DNA of 64,000 bases, taken from positions 2,418,001-2,482,000 of the forward strand of contig OZ287068.1 of the NCBI GenBank assembly GCA_965645245.1, in the 5' to 3' direction. Position numbers and translations under genes: made by a program. This document shows positions 61,978 through 64,000 of this stretch, piece after piece. The first letter of the stretch is position 1. Each line of letters begins with the position of its first letter. The notes beneath the pieces were generated by a model that made no database searches, was not told where the DNA came from, and saw nothing but the letters and a program-made list of their open reading frames with translations. Source of the stretch: Massalongia carnosa. Taxonomy: Eukaryota.

Positions 61978-62660
61978 GTACTGATAGGAGTTGGATATTC
62001 AACACAGACTGTATTCGACGTGTTTCAAGAATTAAAGAAAACATATAACGAGAATGTTAAACAATTAAATCAAATCATCGACAAGATTGAAAATTTTCAG
62101 AAAAAATTGGATCAACTGAACGTAATGAATGTTCAGATTAGATTAGATCAGTTCCAGTCTAACCGTATCGGTTACTTATGACCTTTAGCGGTGTCTTAAG
62201 CAGCCTAGGCTCGGATAAACTATTATCACTTCGCTTAGTAGAGGGTGACCACTTAAAAGGAGAAAACTGCTTCATAGCAACTCTTCATCTTATACATTAG
62301 GGTCATACACATTGTCATTTATTACATAGCCATATAGTCATAGTCATATACCTATTTCAACAGAACGCGATAGTTAGTAGAATATCAGAAGAAAATGCTG
62401 AAAAAAGCACGACGTTTGATTTTCGAGACTGTTAATTATCCTCCAACCCTTTATAGGTGTAGCGCAGCCCTGCGAGCCTTGGCGCGCTAGTAGACAAATC
62501 TCGAAACTTTCGCACTTTGTAGCTAGCACTAGAAATTGCATTCGTTACCCATACAAGCCCTCAATAGTCATTGCGATCACGTAGAATTGCTCCCCGACTC
62601 TGTAGCTATCTTGGCCGAAAGTTATATCGTCCCTTCTGTTGTGGCTGCATTGTGGCAACC

Positions 62661-63287
62661 ATGGGGAGCTCTTTTGTCGTGCCCAACGACGCCCCCCCGA
62701 TTCACTAGACGAGCATCGTCACTTCCTCACCAATGTGCTTAATAACTTAACTAACTGCGAGGCATATCAGAAGCAAAGACCTATGAAGGTTCAGTCTTAC
62801 ACCCTGTTACTCTCCAGTATGCTCAGCCTACTGGAGAAGATGCGCAACCAGCCCACGATGGATCAGCTCCAAGCTACCATCAACCAAATAAAGAACACTG
62901 CAGAGCAAACGCTCACTAAAGTCACCTATGTCGAGCGCAAGCAAGACACCGCCCGCACAACACCCACTACCTCCTCCGCGGCCACTACTGGCTACAAGAG
63001 GACGATGACCTGGGCAGAACGGGCAGCCTTTGCTGCCTCGGCCCCAACGATCTCTACGCTTTCGGGGACGTCCATCCCTGCTCCTATACTAGAAGAGAAA
63101 GCTCGTGAAATCGTCGTCAAACTGAACAACGAAGCCATAGCAAAGGATCTGGCCAAAGTGGCCTCCTCAGCGCTCAAAGACAGAATCAACGCGGCAATAT
63201 CTAACGCGTTAAAGCATCATAACAACACGAGAATTCCGACCAATCAAAACGCTCCCGCCCCCCCTATTTCCAATGGCACAGCCACGG
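62661..63287 (+). mobile_element. N-terminal part of a second LINE-family ORF1 (Gag-like), cut by a hAT insertion
   Basis: Coiled coil, TWAERAA and AREIVVKLN parallel SYAAAA and AREITVHI of the other LINE ORF1. Frameshift in the C-run at ~62692. Confidence 0.6.
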
Positions 63288-64000
63288 TAGGGCTAGGAAA
63301 AATACGTCAGTTGGGCCAACTGACACGTATTATACGTCACGTGCAGACTTGGACCCTGTCTTTTTGGTATAATATTACTTAAGCATGTCAAATTTATCTT
63401 TCTCATAGATCAATACCTGAAATTACTAGACATTTCTACCTAATTTGAGGTACCTTCCTATTATCTCTATACATACATTGATCATGTCTCGACAATCTGG
63501 ACATTCTGGCGGTCGACCGAAAAATGCATTGGTAGATGAGAATTTCGTTGATGTCATCATTGAAGGCATGAAATACCCTCAGCATCGTTGTACGCATTGC
63601 GGATATCAGTCTGCCAAAGTTGCTACCAGGGGTCAGCAGCATTTGCAGACATGCAATGCCTTTCAAGAAGTGCAAGAAAGAAGACAGCAAGAGACGTCTT
63701 CTAGAAGCAGCAAATCTTTGATTCAATTGCCCATCACCTCTTTGATTCGTCCCTTAAATCAAGCCCAAGTTGCGCATGCTCATCGCGCTGCTGCAATGTC
63801 CGTCTTTATGACCAATCTTCCGTTTAACCACTTCGAAAATCCCTATGTGATTGCTCATCATCAAGCACTGCATCCTGGATATAAACCTCCACATCATAAG
63901 CTCGTTGGCGGGAAATTATTGGACGACGCCTATGAGACGGTTAAACTGAAAGTAAATCAGCAGTTAGATGCCTGCAGTTATCTCAACTTCTTTACCGACG
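63288..64000 (+). mobile_element. hAT DNA transposon, left part
   Basis: Starts TAGGGCTAGGAAAA (hAT-like TIR), followed by subterminal palindromes and a transposase ORF. Confidence 0.8.
63484..64000 (+). CDS. hAT transposase, 3' partial
   Basis: ATG at 63484. BED-finger-like CTHC...HLQTC, then NLPFNHFENP...PGYKPP...LLDDAYE...LNFFTD. Open to the window end and absent from the ORF track. Confidence 0.85.
   Translation, partial: MSRQSGHSGGRPKNALVDENFVDVIIEGMKYPQHRCTHCGYQSAKVATRGQQHLQTCNAFQEVQERRQQETSSRSSKSLIQLPITSLIRPLNQAQVAHAHRAAAMSVFMTNLPFNHFENPYVIAHHQALHPGYKPPHHKLVGGKLLDDAYETVKLKVNQQLDACSYLNFFTD

Noticed and set aside
62203..62305. HDV-like or hammerhead ribozyme at the inverted arm
   Set aside because: I could not build the nested double pseudoknot, and there is no CTGATGA/GAAA core.
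44200..64000. Starship/Enterprise element carrying the Spok gene
   Set aside because: No tyrosine-recombinase captain or clear boundary is visible in this window. It cannot be excluded beyond the window.
1..64000. tRNA or 5S rRNA genes
   Set aside because: GGTTCGA matches (for example 38163 and 55678) lack cloverleaf context. None was found by eye, and tRNAscan would be definitive.

Overview
Intron-containing genomic DNA from a filamentous ascomycete (Pezizomycotina; a lichen-forming lineage is plausible but not provable from the sequence). Bases 1-44200 are a gene-dense housekeeping block: PMP47-like carrier, a mitochondrial carrier, SPT16, an M43 metalloprotease, CDC50/LEM3, a SWIRM protein, a CNBP/Gis2-like zinc-knuckle protein, an F-box protein, a SAE2/CtIP-like protein, UBP3, MAG2, an oxidoreductase, ERG4 and a dienelactone hydrolase. 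Bases 44600-64000 are a nested transposon island: two Tad-like LINE copies, a solo LTR, an intact Ty3/Gypsy chromovirus with apparently identical LTRs, a second LINE ORF1, a hAT transposon and a disrupted Spok-family (spore-killer-like) gene. The strongest non-obvious signal is a ~1.15 kb non-coding region at ~4660-5813 (+) with the full architecture expected of a telomerase RNA: boundary hairpin, TAACCCTA template, pseudoknot, core-enclosing helix, CR4/5-like junction, and an Sm-like site fused to a terminal intron. Also notable is the head-to-head pairing of UBP3/USP10 with MAG2/RNF10, whose homologues act antagonistically on 40S ubiquitylation. All base-pairings and splice sites were read by eye and need computational confirmation.
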